Positions 1 to 14,478 are shown, counted from the stretch's first letter. The stretch is 64,000 nt of DNA from Octopus vulgaris (GCA_951406725.2 OX597824.1:60202001-60266000), one strand, 5' to 3'. Numbers and translations are program-made. Notes: generated by a model from the sequence alone, not told the origin.

Positions 1-127
1 TAAAAAATGGAAGGACACACTGCATAAAATAGTCGTAAATGTCTGAAAATAAAATATATCTCCAAAGCTGAAATACCTTTGATCATTAGTGTGCTTTGCT
101 TGATTAGAGCTGAGCTGTAGTTTAAAC

Positions 128-455
128 ATCAACAATAACAAGCAATATCATTAATAGCAACAACAACATTCATCATTATCATCATCATCAATAACAACAA
201 CAACAATAACATCAACAATAACAATAACAATCAACATCATCATCATCAATAACAACAATAACAACAACACCGACATAGACCAACATCGTCATCAACAACA
301 CTGACATCATCAACAATAATAACGATCTACTACATGAACATCAGTATCATCATCATCAATATCAACAACATCAACATCAACATCATCGCCGTCGTCATCA
401 TCATCAGTAGCAGCAGCTGCAGCAATAACAACAACAACAGCAACAACTACAACAA
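128..455 (+). repeat. Low-complexity (CAA/CAT/TAA)n tract
   Basis: Directly visible. Confidence 0.95.
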
Positions 456-1794
456 TGGCCTATACTAGTTCCCCACTGTGTGCTTTTTTATATATTTTAG
501 AAAGTAAAAGTGATCACATTGAACTGCCATCTGTCAGAAGTGCTTGAAATTCTAAGATAAAGGATGTTGATGATAGATATAAAATTATTGATCAGTAGAA
601 ATAGCTCTTTGTTGTTCACTGTTGTTGTGAGAAATACAATTGATCCATTATTGCTGTTTCTATGTGCCTCACAATACATGGACATCATTGTCTCAGGAAT
701 AAACCTATAGTGTAGAACTTAATTCACTTACTGCTTGTCTGTCTCCCCAACCTCTCCCTTTCTCTCTGTGCATGTGTATCTTTGTCTGCATTTACATATA
801 AATTTATATATATATATATAAATTGTATAATAGGAGCAGCTTTACATTCATTCTTGTTATAATTAAAAACATGGCTATGATCAATCTGAACTATTTCATT
901 AAGGATTTCTCTGTATATTTCCTTATTAGTCCTTTATGTCTAGTTTGGAACAATGATGTTTTTAAATTCATTATTCTGACAAAGACAATGAGCTGGCAGA
1001 ATTGTTAGCCTGCTGGACACAAGGCATTGCAGCATTTTTTCCAGCTTTGTATTCCGAGTTCAAATTTCACCGAGGTTGACTTTGTCTTTCATTCTCTTGG
1101 GATTGATAAAATAAGTATCAGTTGAACTCTGTGGTTGATGTAATTAACTTGCCCCCTCCTCAGAAAATCCCAGGCCTTGTGTCTGTAGTAGAAAGAAATT
1201 CATTAGCCTGACATTTCTAAACTTTCACAATCACATTTTCAAATTAAATTGTTGTAACAGCATGTACTCAGTACATTTTGTGGAAAATCTCATGGGACCT
1301 TGACAATAATTTTATATCTGATACAATCCTCATCATTATCCCTTCCTGTCCACTTTCCATGCTATTCTTGGGTTGGATGGTTTGATAAGTTCCTACTCCA
1401 GTGTCACAATTTTTGCATGGTTTCTACAGCCAGATAGATGCCCTTCATAACATCAGTCACTTTATAGAGTGTACTGGGTGCTTCTTTCTTTATGGTGTCA
1501 ATACTAGTTAGATTGCTATGTAACTCACAAGACTCAAGAGCCCCCCTTAAAAGAGTAAGAGTATAGTAAGTGAGGGCAGTAATCTTATACTAGGAATTAA
1601 GAGGTTAAAGCATGATAGAAGATACAGGAACAAATTTGTTTGTGTAGAGATACATGACTCTAGGAGAAGGAACTTAAATCATAAAATGATACATCCTAGG
1701 AGATTTCATGATGTCATGATTCTTTTATTTTACATGTGATATATGTGTGTGTATAGTTTAGGTTTGAATTTTGCTATTAGCATATATATATATA

Positions 1795-2339
1795 TTGGGT
1801 TGTCCGTAAAGTTCGCGCTGATTTTTAAAGGAAAGAAAAAGGTCAATAAATACTTGCCATTACATTTTTAATCAACCAAATATGAACCATTTGTTGCACA
1901 ATGCATCTCCATCTTCCCTTTAACTTGAAAATACCCTCTTCCCAGAATTGACGTGGTTTCATGGCAAAGAATTCATCAAGGTATCTTTTTACATCATCCA
2001 ATGAATTGAAATTTTTACCATTAAGACTATTCTGCAGAGACCTGAATAAGTGGAAATCCGAAGGAGCAATATCTGGTGAATATGGAGCCGAGCTGCAGCA
2101 ATTTTTGTCTGATTCCCAAAGCATCAAGTGCTGAAAATGAACTTTCTTATCTTCCATTTTAAAGGGTTACAGAATTAACACAGGTTATAGGAACATAAAG
2201 CTTCTTCCACGAAAAGTTAGCTTAAACTGTGCTCTAAATGGAGGTGTAGTCAAATCCTATTTTATGGACTCAACCATGTTCTAAAATAAATTAAAAGATA
2301 AGCTACTATAAATCGGCATGAACTTTCCAGACAACCAAA
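1795..2339 (-). mobile_element. Internally deleted mariner element
   Basis: TIRs ttgggttgtccgtaaagttc / gaactttccagacaaccaaa in TA context. The ORF fuses the N-terminus MEDKKVHF to the C-terminal PYSPDIAPSDFHLF motif. Confidence 0.9.
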
Positions 2340-4257
2340 TATATATATGTGTGTATGTGTGTGTGTGTGTGTGTATGTATGTATACATACATACATACCT
2401 ACCTACCTACATACATACCTACATACATACATACATTATTCCTTTTGGTATTAAAACTGCTTCTGTTACTTGAATTATTTTTTGATAAGCCCATTGGCTT
2501 TTAGTGGCACCAGTGCCTGACTAGGTTCTGTGTTTCTATAAATATTGTTGGCAGAACAGTTACTGCTATTTCTAGCAGCCACGTATCTACCATTAACAAG
2601 GCCAAAAAAGGCTGAAATCACATTATCTGGTAGTCCTGGCAGCAAAAGTGGTAGTGATTGTCCGTCAATTGCAATGTACCACAAAAGGGTTTTACTCATG
2701 GTATATATTGCAGAATCATATGTTCTAATGCAACATCCACTTTTAAGTGGTGATGAATTTTTGGTATTGCTTCTGTTGCTTTGATTATTATGTATATAAT
2801 AGAGAGACCTGTGCATATTTCATGGAATTAACAGTAAATTTATTGGGTTATTTCTGAAAACTTTATCCAAGAATCCTGAAAGTGTAGCCTGTATTGTGTC
2901 TGTATGGAAAGATAGTCACTCATCTCTGCTACTCATTGAAAAGTGGAAGAAATTGGAATATGATGATTACTTAATGCACTTAAAGATACACTTTATGTAC
3001 TTTATGCACAATTTTATTGATTTAATAGAAAGCACTCATAAAATAAACATTCACTCTTATTTTTATATTTTTCCCATAAAGAAAAAAATCACTGTACATA
3101 TGGTATAACCTTTAGTTAAACTGCATATATTTGCCACATAAACAAGCGTGAATATTTCACGGAAATGCACTTATGCACATGCATTTAGTGCTAGGTGACA
3201 TAAAAAAATACACTTTTCAATATCCACTCACCACCACCACCACCACCATCACCATCATAATCACCTCTCCCTCCCCGTCTCTCTGCTTTTCTTTAGCCTC
3301 ACTATCAGAACATCACCCCTCTGCTTAAACTATATTTCTCTCTTTTTTTATATCACTATCTTCAACTAACTTTTTAACAACGTAATAAATATTACATTCC
3401 CCCTACCACACATCATGGATGCTTCTCTCTCTTGCTTTTTCTCTCTCCCTCTCCCTCTTTCTGTCTCACTCTTCACCTTATCTTCTTGTCATCTCTCCTT
3501 TTTCTTCCTTCCTCTTGTTCTGTCTTTCCCTTCAACTAATCATGTGAAAGCATTACAATTATGTTCCCTCTGCCTCACATCGTGGATGCTTCTCTCTCCC
3601 TTATTTTCTCTCACCCTCTTTTCTTTCTCTCGCTTTTTCTCTCACTCTCCACCTTTCCTTTCAACTAATCATGTGAAAGCATTATGAATGGGCTAAGTAA
3701 TGAAGTGACAAGCAGAATTATTATCAGATTGTGAAGATGTGTGGCTTAGAGTTCATGAGTTCAATTCCTGGTGGTGCAATTCCTGGTGGTGCATTGTGTC
3801 CTTGAACAAGTCATTTTATGTCAACTTAGCTGACAAAAAGGAGATTACATGTATTTCAAATGGTCAGCCTTGTCACATTCTGTCACACTGAATCATCATC
3901 ATCATCATCATCATTTAGCGTCCGTTCTCCATGCTAGCATGGGTTGGACGGTTTGAATCTTCCTGAGAATTATGTTAGGGATACACATATCTGTAAAGTG
4001 TTCAACCACTTGCACTTTCATTTCACAAACAGGATGTTTTGTTGATTGGATTGACTAGAACCCTCATCATCATAACCAATGGAGTGCTAGTCATATATAT
4101 ACATATATATATATATATATGAATGCTCAAAATGAGGAGTAGATAGAAAACTGATGAAAGGTCCTTTCTCTGTTAATTTGTCTCGTTTTCCATTTTTTTC
4201 TCGTTTATGTATTTTATGTTATTTGCACCATTGGTGTTGTTCTGTACCCATATATTC

Positions 4258-4349
<92 letters not shown>

Positions 4350-4353
4350 TATT

Positions 4354-4387
<34 letters not shown>

Positions 4388-4921
4388 CACACACATCATC
4401 ATCATTGTTTAATGTTTGCTTTCCATGCTGGTATGGGTTGGACAGTTTGACAGAAACTGGCCAGGCAGAAGACTGCACCAGGCTTCACCATCTGTTTTGG
4501 CAGAATTTTTATGGCTGGATGCTCTTCCTAACACCAACCAACCTGCAGAGTGAACTAAGTGCTTTTTATGTGGCATGAGCACAGGCAAGGTCAGTTTTGT
4601 CATGGTTTTTACAGCTGAATGCCCTTCCAAATGCCAACCATTTTACAGTGTGGACTGGATACTTTTTATGTGGCACCAACACTGTCAGGGTCACCAAGTA
4701 ACATGTAAGACAAAGATCCTTTGAGAAGCATTGAGATGTATTGAAAGATACAGGAATAAATTTTTTTGTTCTCAAACACGTGATAATGCTAATAAAATAG
4801 CAGGATCAGGATAAATTATCCATCACATTGCAGAAAAATATGTTACAGTATCCTACTTACATATATTCATGCATATGTATGTGTGTGTATCTATCTGTCT
4901 ATCTGTCTGTCTGTTTGTCTG

Positions 4922-4982
<61 letters not shown>

Positions 4983-5705
4983 ATATATATATATATATCT
5001 TCTCCCACTATTCTATTCTTTTACTCTTTCTTTTCTCTCTTCCTTTCTCTTATTCTTTTATCTCCCCTTCTCCCTCTTTTTTTCTCTCTTATCCTATCTC
5101 CAAATCTTTTCCTCTCCCCTTCACAGTTCTCTGTCTGTCACTCTCTCTCCCTCACTCTTCCTCCTTTGCTTACGTGGCTCCCATGTGACCATTGGCCATT
5201 TTTCTTTTTCTTTCTTTCTTCTCCTAACTTGTGTTTCATTCTTTTTTCTGTTGCAGCTGGACAAGGAAGACATATTCTTGTCTGTCTCCTGTCCAAGCTT
5301 GTTCCTTCGCATTTGCCACCACAACCTTGTTTAGGCTTAGCAGCCCTTACTGTTTGTTTTCACTGTCCTGTTTTTGTCACCAATTTTAACCCTCCACAAA
5401 ATCCTGAATTTTATTTAATTTGCTTTGTGGGAGCAACTGTTTTATCAAAGGTGTATCTTGTCCTGAATTACACGATATTCTGATTAGAAAACAGCCAGCA
5501 ACTGATGAAGGGTCGTTCTTTGTGATGTTCATCTGGTTTTCCATTTGTTTCTTTCATTGTTCGCAAAAAAAGTTCATATTCCATGTCCTCATACTTCGTA
5601 TTTTTTGTTGTTTACATTTTGTGACATCCTGTGCCCACATATGCATATGTATATATGTATACATATATATGCATATATATAATATTTATATTATTATATA
5701 TATAA

Positions 5706-7492
5706 TCTCTATATATAAAACTGAAATGCGTTTTTACCGCTTGGATCGCTTTCAATGCCACTTCATCCCGTCCGATTCGCTCCAAAATTTACAGGGACAT
5801 ATAGAATGAGGTGACGATGCTCGTGGGCTACCTTAGAAATCCCTATCTTAAAAGGTGTGGTTGCTAGGGGCCATCTTCCTCACTCTCGCTATTTCCTCTC
5901 TTTTTCACTGACTCTGTTTCCTACCTTCCCATCACTTTTGCGGCGTTCTTTTAAGTATCTTGCGTTCATTTATATGTGTGTGTGTGTTCTATATATAAAT
6001 ATGTATATATAATGTATGTGTGTGTGTGTGTGTGTGTGTTCTATATATAAATATGTATATATACAAAGTGTATATATCTGTATTTATGTATATTAAACTT
6101 TTTCATACTTTTTCATAGTTATATATATTTTTAAACAAATTATAAATATAATTTAATAATTTTTATTTTCAATTTAAATAATTAAAATTTTTTAATTTTA
6201 TATATTTTCTATATATTTTTTTTAATGTTTTTGTTTTTTGTTTTTCACTTTTTGATTTGCCTATTAGTGGTTTTATCTCTAATTTAATTTATACAGATAT
6301 ATATCTCATTTGTATACATTTGTATATATAATGCATGCACACACACACACACACATGTATATACATATATATATATATATAATGTGTGCATTACGTAGTC
6401 GGTCGATTCAGCTGAAAATATGCACACCTATGTTAAAAGTGCTGGCAAGTTTGCATGACAACTATTTTTTTCCTCAAATGAAAGGCATCACCTCTAGGAC
6501 AAAATTCCTCATCTTATAAAATGTGGCCCCAGTAGACCCGAATGAAATCGGGTTATATTAACCAAAATGTGAAAAGGGGTCTAAATGGGGCTGGAAGGGG
6601 ATTAAAATTTCAAGGAGTGGGTGTTTAGGAATTCTCTTTTACCTCAAGCTAAAAAATTTGCGCCAGCCTTTTAATCGTCAACGTGTTGCCGTCCATGATA
6701 AAGAAGTTTTGAATGCTTGCCATGGTGAGTCTACTGTCGTGAGAAAGAATCACTTCAAAACTTGGTGTTTACGAATTTTCTTTTACATCAAGTTCAAAAT
6801 TTTACGCCAGCCGTTAAACTGTCAATATGTTGCTGTCCGTCGTTGAGAAATGCCAGCCATGGTGACTCTACTATCCTCAGATTCTTTCCCTTCAAACTTT
6901 GGTTTCCAATATTTTATTATTTTTATCCAGCTTGCAAGTTCGTCTGTCCCTTTTAAATGTTAGTGTTTTGCTGTCTGCCTTAAAGCAGACCTTTCTGTTG
7001 CCACTGCCTGATATTTATGATTGATCTTTCTAAATATTTTATTTCTCAACTTACTCAAGATCTTTTGTTGTTTATAAATGGGAGAGAGATAGATAAAGAT
7101 AGAGAGTAAGAGAAAGCGAGGGAGAGTCCGAGAGAAAAGAAAAGTAAGAGAGTGGGAAAGTGAGAGAGAAAGGAGAGAGAAACAAAGACGGAGAATCATC
7201 ATCATCATCATCGTTTAACGTCCGTTTTCCGTCCTAGCACGGGTTAGACAGTTTGACCGGGGTCTGGAAAGCCAGGAGGCTGCACCAGGCTCCAGTCTGA
7301 TCTGGCAGTGTTTCTACAGGTGGATGACCTTCCTAACGCCAACCACTCTGTGAGTGTAGTGAGTGCTTTTTTCGTGCCGCCAGCACAGGTGCCAGGGGGG
7401 CTCGCAGCGGCAACGATCGGTTGGTGATTTTTACGTGCCACCGGCACAGAAGCCAGTCAAGGCGGCGCTGCAAGGCGGGTCACCTTCAGCTA

Positions 7493-7494
<2 letters not shown>
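5706..7494 (+). mobile_element. Non-autonomous Helitron-like element with nested RTE tail
   Basis: Starts a|TCTCTATATATAAAA and ends cgggtcaccttcagCTAG|t in an AT context. Has internal microsatellites and a ~130-bp duplication (6660-6900). An RTE 3' tail is inserted at ~7195-7470. Confidence 0.55.
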
Positions 7495-7531
<37 letters not shown>

Positions 7532-7920
7532 TAAGAAGCTTGCTTCCCAACCACATGGTTCTGGGTTCAGTCCCACTGTTGCACCTTTGGCCTTTGGCAA
7601 GTGTCTTCTACTATAGCCTCATATCGATCAAAGCTTTGTGAGTGAATTTGGCTGATAGAAACTGAAAGAAACATGTTGTATATGTATGTGTATGTGAGTG
7701 CATGTGTCTTTGTGTCTTTGTTTGCTCCCCCCACCATGATTTCACAGCTAGTGTTGGTGTGTTTATGTCTCTGTGACTTAGCAGTTTGAGACTGATAAAA
7801 TAAGTACCAGGGTCGTGTATTGGGGTCAATTCATTTGATTAAGAATTCATTAAGATGGTGCTCCAGCATCGTCACAGTCTAATGACTGAAACAAGTAAAA
7901 GATAAAAGAAAAGATATAAA

Positions 7921-7980
<60 letters not shown>

Positions 7981-8428
7981 TGTGTGTGTGTATCTGTCTC
8001 TCTCCTCATACACTTCTCTTGAAATGATTCTTTAATTCATACTCATACCTTGAGAGTGAATAAAGTTCTTATCAAGTCCTCATCATTAATGCTTTTCTCT
8101 TTCCTTCTTTTATCTCAAGGTTGTCCTGATACGACACATACCATACCATCCAAAACAACCACTTCATGCCAGTTGAGAAAATCAGCAAATTTGTGAGTTC
8201 AGTTTTGGCCATGTACTTTTAGACATTCAGTTAATTTGTTACTTATCTTTCTATCTACCTTCTTCTTGTTTATTTATCTGTCTACCTACCTGTTTATCTG
8301 TCTGTCAGTCTATCTGTCTGTGCATGTATGTGTGTATATATCTATAGATTTATCTATCTGCCTGTTTGTAGCTCTGTCAGTTTCTCTGTCTGTGTCTATC
8401 CACACACACACACATGTATATGTATACA

Positions 8429-8468
<40 letters not shown>

Positions 8469-8503
8469 CACACACACATACACACACGTATATACACACA
8501 TAC

Positions 8504-8554
<51 letters not shown>

Positions 8555-8556
<2 letters not shown>

Positions 8557-10577
8557 AAAGAGATCATGAAGTCCTGAGCAGAACATTTTTCAAATGTTCT
8601 GAATATAAACTCAATTGTTGATGAAGAACTGATCAACAACCTATCACAGAGGACTGTCCTTCAAAAACTGGCAGTTGCTCCATCAAATACTGAAATAAAA
8701 ATGGCTATAAAACAGCCCATGAATGGAAAGTTGTCTGGGAATGATGGCATACCAGCCTAGATATATAAATATGATAGCAATCTCCTTCTGAACAAATTAT
8801 GTGAACTCTTTGCCCTGATCTGGGAATCAGGATCAGTCCCACAGAAGTTTAAAGATTCTTTTATTGTCCATTTTTATAAGCATAAAGTCAACAAATGTGA
8901 ATATGACAACCATAGAGGTATCTCCCTTTTGTGTGTTGCCAGGAGGATCCCTTGAAGGGTTATCTTGAACAGACTAAATGATGCCCTCACCAACTTAGTG
9001 TTGTCTGAATCTCAATGTGGCTTTCAAGCAGGTAGAGGTACAGTGGATATGATTTTCAGTCTGAGGCAAGTGCAGGAAAAGCCTTATGAGCACAATTTAA
9101 ACCTCTTTGTCACTTTTGTAAATCCAACTAAAGCTTTTGATACCGTATCTGAGATGCTCTTTGGGTTGTCTGTAGAAAGCTAGGTGTTCTCAAAAAGATA
9201 CTTAATGTTATCATTTCTTTCCCTCAAGGAATAATGACCTCTATTTGATCTGGCAGGGAAGTGTCTGATTCATTCACTGTCTCAAATGGGACAAAATAAG
9301 GTTGTGTTCTTGTACTGCTCTTATTTGTTTTGCATTTCTCTGTCATGTTGGAAACAGCATTAGAAGGTGTAAAGAAGGAGTAAAGTTTTAAATACAGGAC
9401 TGGTGGTAGTTAGTTCAACCAACAATACTTCAAAGCACAAACTAAGACTTTTTAGTCGGAGTCCATTTATAGTGCCACCAATTTAGTGAGTGTAGTCACT
9501 AATTTATAGTGTGAAAGTTGGTAAAAGGTAAAATATCAGAAGACAGTTTTTATACAAATAAATTTTTAATTAACAAGAGCTGACAAGTAGTAAGAGTATA
9601 GCCTGGGTGTATGCATGAGTCAGGGAAAATATTATAACTTATGTTTGAAAAATAGATTCAGTTGGAACTCATTGTAAGCTAATAAGAACAGAACTAGTGT
9701 AAACAAAAATATATTGCTCATAACATGACAGGAGTAGTGATCTGAGGTCATCCAGAATTTTTCAGAGCTAAGTGGGCATAAATGAAATAGGCTGTTCGTG
9801 ATGTGATCAGAGTTTGAGGGCAGGTATAATTCAGAGCGAGCAGCATGAAGTTGGTGTGAAAAACAAAGAGGCTGTTCCATGATGAAGAAGTGATGTTGCT
9901 CGTCCACTGTCTTTCCACTAACTGATTAAAACTCCCACTTCACTTCATGGGCAGAGAACTGCCTTTGGTATTCATATGTGCCCAGCCCTGATTGGCTGGA
10001 GAATGCCATAGCACAACTGTTATGATGCAACAATTAAAATAGCTTTTCTGACATTCTACAACTTTGGTGCAAACAGTTCGAGATTTGCTCCTCACAGACA
10101 ATTGTGCACTTGTAGCACACACTCTTAAGAACATGCAATTGATTCTAGATAACTTCTCATGTGCATCGAAGGCTTTTGTTCTGATCGTCAGCATCAAGAA
10201 AACTGGGCTTCTTCATCAGCCCATTCAAGACCATCCTCCTGCTGTATATGTTGATGGGAAAGCATTAAAAACTGTTTCCTCCTTCACTGGTCTTGGTTCT
10301 GTTGTGTCAAATGATACTAGGAGGGATAAAGAAATTGAGTCCAGAATCAGGAAGGCTAGTTCCACTTTGGAAGAGCCATGATGTATCATTGAAGGTGAAA
10401 ATTGATGTATACAAGTTGGTGGTTTTGACATTATTGCTTTATGGTGCTGAATCATGGACCATGTACCGAAAGCACATCAACCAACTTGATGCTGTTCATA
10501 TGCGATGCTTGCATATTATTCCCAGCATAAAGCCAATTGACCATATTCATAGAAGTGAGGTGCTTGTCCTGTTGTAG
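8555..10577 (+). mobile_element. Degenerate RTE-clade LINE, split by an insertion
   Basis: LSESQCGFQAGRGTVDMIFSLRQVQEK..KAFDTV; RDLLLTDNCAL (FADD-like); LLYGAESWT; multiple stops and frameshifts. Confidence 0.85.
9491..10060 (-). mobile_element. Probable solo LTR (Gypsy-like) inserted in the RTE
   Basis: Interrupts the RTE frame between KAQTKT and VQTVRDLL. The 570-bp segment is bounded by TGTAG..CTACA, followed on the minus strand by a PBS-like aattggtggca. Confidence 0.45.
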
Positions 10578-11177
10578 TGGGTGGTTCTTCTTGAGCACAG
10601 CAATGTGCCACATATCTTAGTCCTCTGCCATCTCCTTTCTAAGGCTCAGTACTTTGTCCCATGCCTTCCTGAGTTTCTCTCTTCCACAACTTCCTTCCTC
10701 CTACTTTAAGTGAGATGTGTGTCCGTATGTAAGCATTAATGTATGTTTTTATGTTAAGCCACATATATGGAAGCAGGATATAAAATTGAAGGAATACTTT
10801 TTGAAGAGTACACATTCATTGACATATGCAAGGAAAAGGTTGACAGTGGCTTCAGAGTTTCAGCTTACTCACTTTCAACAGACTGATACACTAGGATAGT
10901 GTCTTCTATAGCCCTGGGTTGACCAAACCCTTGTGAGTGAATTTGGTTGATGGAAACTGAATAATGCTGCATGGATACATTTAACCTGATTGAAATTTTA
11001 ATGCAACTGAATAAACAGGATGCAAACAGACACCACATCGTAGGATAACTATGCAGCAGAAACACATTGGACAGAAGTTTAAAGTGAATATACAACATAA
11101 AAGACTGTAATAAAAAAAATGTATAGGTGTATAATTCTTCTGCTTTATCTTTATATATATACATACATACATATATT

Positions 11178-11242
<65 letters not shown>

Positions 11243-11245
<3 letters not shown>

Positions 11246-12503
11246 TAAATTAGAGATAAAACCACTATTAGGCAAATCAAACAATGAAAAACATAAGCCA
11301 ATACATAAAATTAATTAATTTATATTATTTTAAATATATATCAAAAGTATTAAAAGTTTAATAAAAGATAAAGAGTAAAACACTACGATCGTTTCATGGC
11401 TGTACAATTCGTAATAATTCGAGTTATGGTTACAGTCAATCTTCAGGTTAATTGAAATATCTAAAATATAATCAGAAATATTTAAACAATATTTTTAAGA
11501 TATAAATAATATAATAATTTTACTTATAATAAACTCTATTATCAAACTAGAAACATAAAACTTAACAATTATGATTATATCAAAATCGACTATAATGTTA
11601 AATATTGATTTTAATTTATAAGGTAGGAAACCCACCAATAATCTAATATCAGTATTAGTCTATATCTAATTACATAAATATTTAAAAATGACTAATATAT
11701 ATAAATTATCAATGAAAATATATAAATGTATATAAATATTATAATTAAGATCTAAAATAATCTCTATAAATAAATATATATGCACATATAATAAAAACCT
11801 AATAAATTAATTTTTCATATTTAAAGATGAAATAGCTAATTTCAAAATACAAATAAACAAACTTAAACAAACTTTCGGAAATCTTATGTAAAATACTTAT
11901 AGAAATAATCAATTCGTAGTAATATAGTATCGAATAAATACTATAAATACTATAAATATAATTATCAATGGGAATAACTAGCGAATATCAATTTAAAGAA
12001 ATAGCTAAGTTATGCTATTAAATTAGACATGGCCTGGACCAATCTTTAGTCGAAACATATCTAAGTTTATCAAAGTTTATCTAATTTAATTATAAATTTA
12101 AAACTACAATTAATACTATTAAAACATGTATATACAAAAGCCTAACTTAATACACCTCGTATGCTTGCTATCAAATAACAAAACTATCGCTAAGTAGTAT
12201 CTTACAAATAAACTTAAATTTAATATCTAATAATATAGAAAATTACAATAATTAGATCATTACATAAACAACGATATTTACATAAGGAAAATATTATTAC
12301 ACCAAAGACTTATACAATATTAAAATTTATAATTTGAAGATCTTAAATATAAATACATATTTATCTTAGCGAGGTTTAGCAATGAACTTTCATCTCTAAT
12401 TTAATATAATATAATATAATATATATTTTACTATAAAATTAGATTTAATCCTAAATCTGATTTTTCCCTGTAAGTTTGGATTTATTCCCTAATATTTTAT
12501 TAT
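11243..12503 (-). mobile_element. Very AT-rich non-coding element carrying a hammerhead near its 3' end (putative non-autonomous Penelope-like element)
   Basis: Bounded by (TA)n tracts, with no convincing ORF, and contains the 11378-11452 hammerhead. Confidence 0.45.
11378..11452 (-). ncRNA. Type I hammerhead ribozyme motif (Penelope-type)
   Basis: Minus strand reads aac-CTGAAGA-t-tgactgta..(26 nt)..tacagcca-t-GAAA-cgatcg-TA-gtg. Core is intact, stem II pairs 7/8, stem III is a palindrome, stem I is weak. Confidence 0.65.
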
Positions 12504-12538
<35 letters not shown>

Positions 12539-13552
12539 ATGATGGACTCTCCCATTGAAAATGATGTATGAACATTCAGTCTTTGCTGAATGACCTGAAC
12601 AAATGATCATGTAGATCCTCCTAATTATCAATGGAGGTCAAATACCATTGCAATGGAATGAAAGTAGTGGACAAGCTACCTTATCATTCAGAAATCAAGA
12701 TATGTTCATCAAAGAAAAACCACCATTTGTCTAGGGAATGTATCTCAGTGTTCATCCAGGTTGGCAATGATACCAAAATCAATCTTATCTCAGAGTTTGT
12801 ATTTAAACCATTCAAACAAGTCATCTCTCATGCCTGATACTTTTGTTTTACGACCTCCTCCAGTGACTCTGAAATGCTTCTTTGGATTTTTTTTTCAGCA
12901 TTGTCAAGTTTACCTTTCAGATATTTTTCATATTTTTCTTTGATGAACATATCTTGATTTCTGAATGATGGCAAGTGCTTGTTTTTCTTCTATAGAATAA
13001 TTTCCATATGTCACACCACAAAATACTCTTTTCTCTACCATAGAAAAAGTTCAAAGAGAAATTACTTGAATTGTGTTGATATTGTTAAATCTTATTCCAT
13101 AAAACGTTTGTCCTGTAAGGATAAACAGTTTGTTGTTTTATACTAGTTACGGGAGTCAGTTTAATTGACTTTCTCCTCTCTTTTAAATTGCTGGCCTTGT
13201 GCTTAAGTATTGGGCAACGTGCCTTGCAGAATAGAGTTATAGCCAAATACGTTCTGAGTTCAATCCTGCTGAGGCTAGCTTTACATTCTGAGTTCAATCT
13301 TAGCTTTATGTTCTGAGATCTATCTCACTGAGGGGTCGATAAAATAAAGCACCGCCAATGTACTGGGTTGCTTTAATCCACTTGTCCCTCCCCACAAATT
13401 GTTGGCCTTGTATCTAAATGAGAAATCCTTTTTTTTTAATTTTCTAGGCTGTCACCCTTGATTTTTTTCTAAAACCAGAATTAGTTATTTAGTTTATATA
13501 TCCTATTTAATTTATAATATATGGTATTTCTTAAAATGTTCTTTTTTTTTTG

Positions 13553-13585
<33 letters not shown>

Positions 13586-13906
13586 GTTTTTAACGTAAAA
13601 TAAAATTATTATTAGATTTTCCAGCTGTTGTATCAATATGAATAGCTTACAATAAAATTTCACCAGAGATAGATTAGCAAAATTTAATAAGGGAGGAGGG
13701 TTGGAATAAAAGTGTGTGTGTGTGTGGGGGGGGGGGGGGTTCTTAAAAATTAATAAATGGCTGGGGTTGGACAAAAAATCTGAAAAATTAATAAGCGTGG
13801 AGGTTGGAATAAACGTAGTGGGTATGGAAAAATCTGAAAAATTAATAAGGGGGTGGGGCGATTATTCAAGACCCCAGAGTAAATTTGTGGTTGCATTAGC
13901 TAAGTG

Positions 13907-14311
13907 CTAATGTGAAAATTATAAAATAATTAAGATGAAGGCAGCTATGCACAATATAAAACCAAAAAAGAAAAAATTAATTATCACTAATTGTGACTGG
14001 GGGTGCCAAGTAGCACTTATGTTGCTAGAAAGAAGAGTTAAAAACCCTTAGACCTGCAAGAAAGCACATTTTCATGTACTGACATGGGAAACAAGTCTAG
14101 TGTAGTAATCTAGCTTCAATTATGGGATGGTTATCACCCCTGACAGTATATGAAAATGTACTTTCTTATGGCTCTAAGGGTTTTAACTCTTATTTCTAGT
14201 AATATGAGTGCTACCTGGTACCCTTAGTCACAATTAATGACAATTGAATTTTTCCTTTTTGGTTTTATATTGTGTATAGTTGCCCTTGTTATTTTATAAT
14301 TTTTACATTAG
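13907..14311. repeat. Inverted-repeat element (~180-bp arms) with a truncated hammerhead at its centre; third copy at 16198-16438
   Basis: Left arm is the reverse complement of the right arm (gtgccaagtagcac vs gtgctacctggtac). The right arm aligns to 16225-16438. Confidence 0.85.
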
Positions 14312-14478
14312 AATTTTGCTAGATTAGCCATAATAGATTCATATGGTAAATACTGGATCATCCCATAAATAATGCAGTTTTTTTAATAATTCTTTTAATT
14401 TTCAAAATTAAGATAAAAAAGTTCTTTTTTAATCTAAAATATACTCCTTCATTTTCTACAATGCTTTTCCATCTGTGT

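Noticed and set aside
501-547. Possible terminal exon (SKSDHIELPSVRSA*) after ttttag, with AATAAA near 699
   Set aside because: Too short, no recognisable homology, and does not fit the FAM161A frame; needs transcript evidence.
4154-5483. Long 'membrane-like' ORFs (YI, LSIY repeats), typical of most of the ORF track
   Set aside because: Microsatellite and polypyrimidine translations.
5485-5530. CTGATGA motifs at 5502 (also 4151, 25477, 55526, 57577, 62466)
   Set aside because: No correctly placed GAAA and helices could be built.
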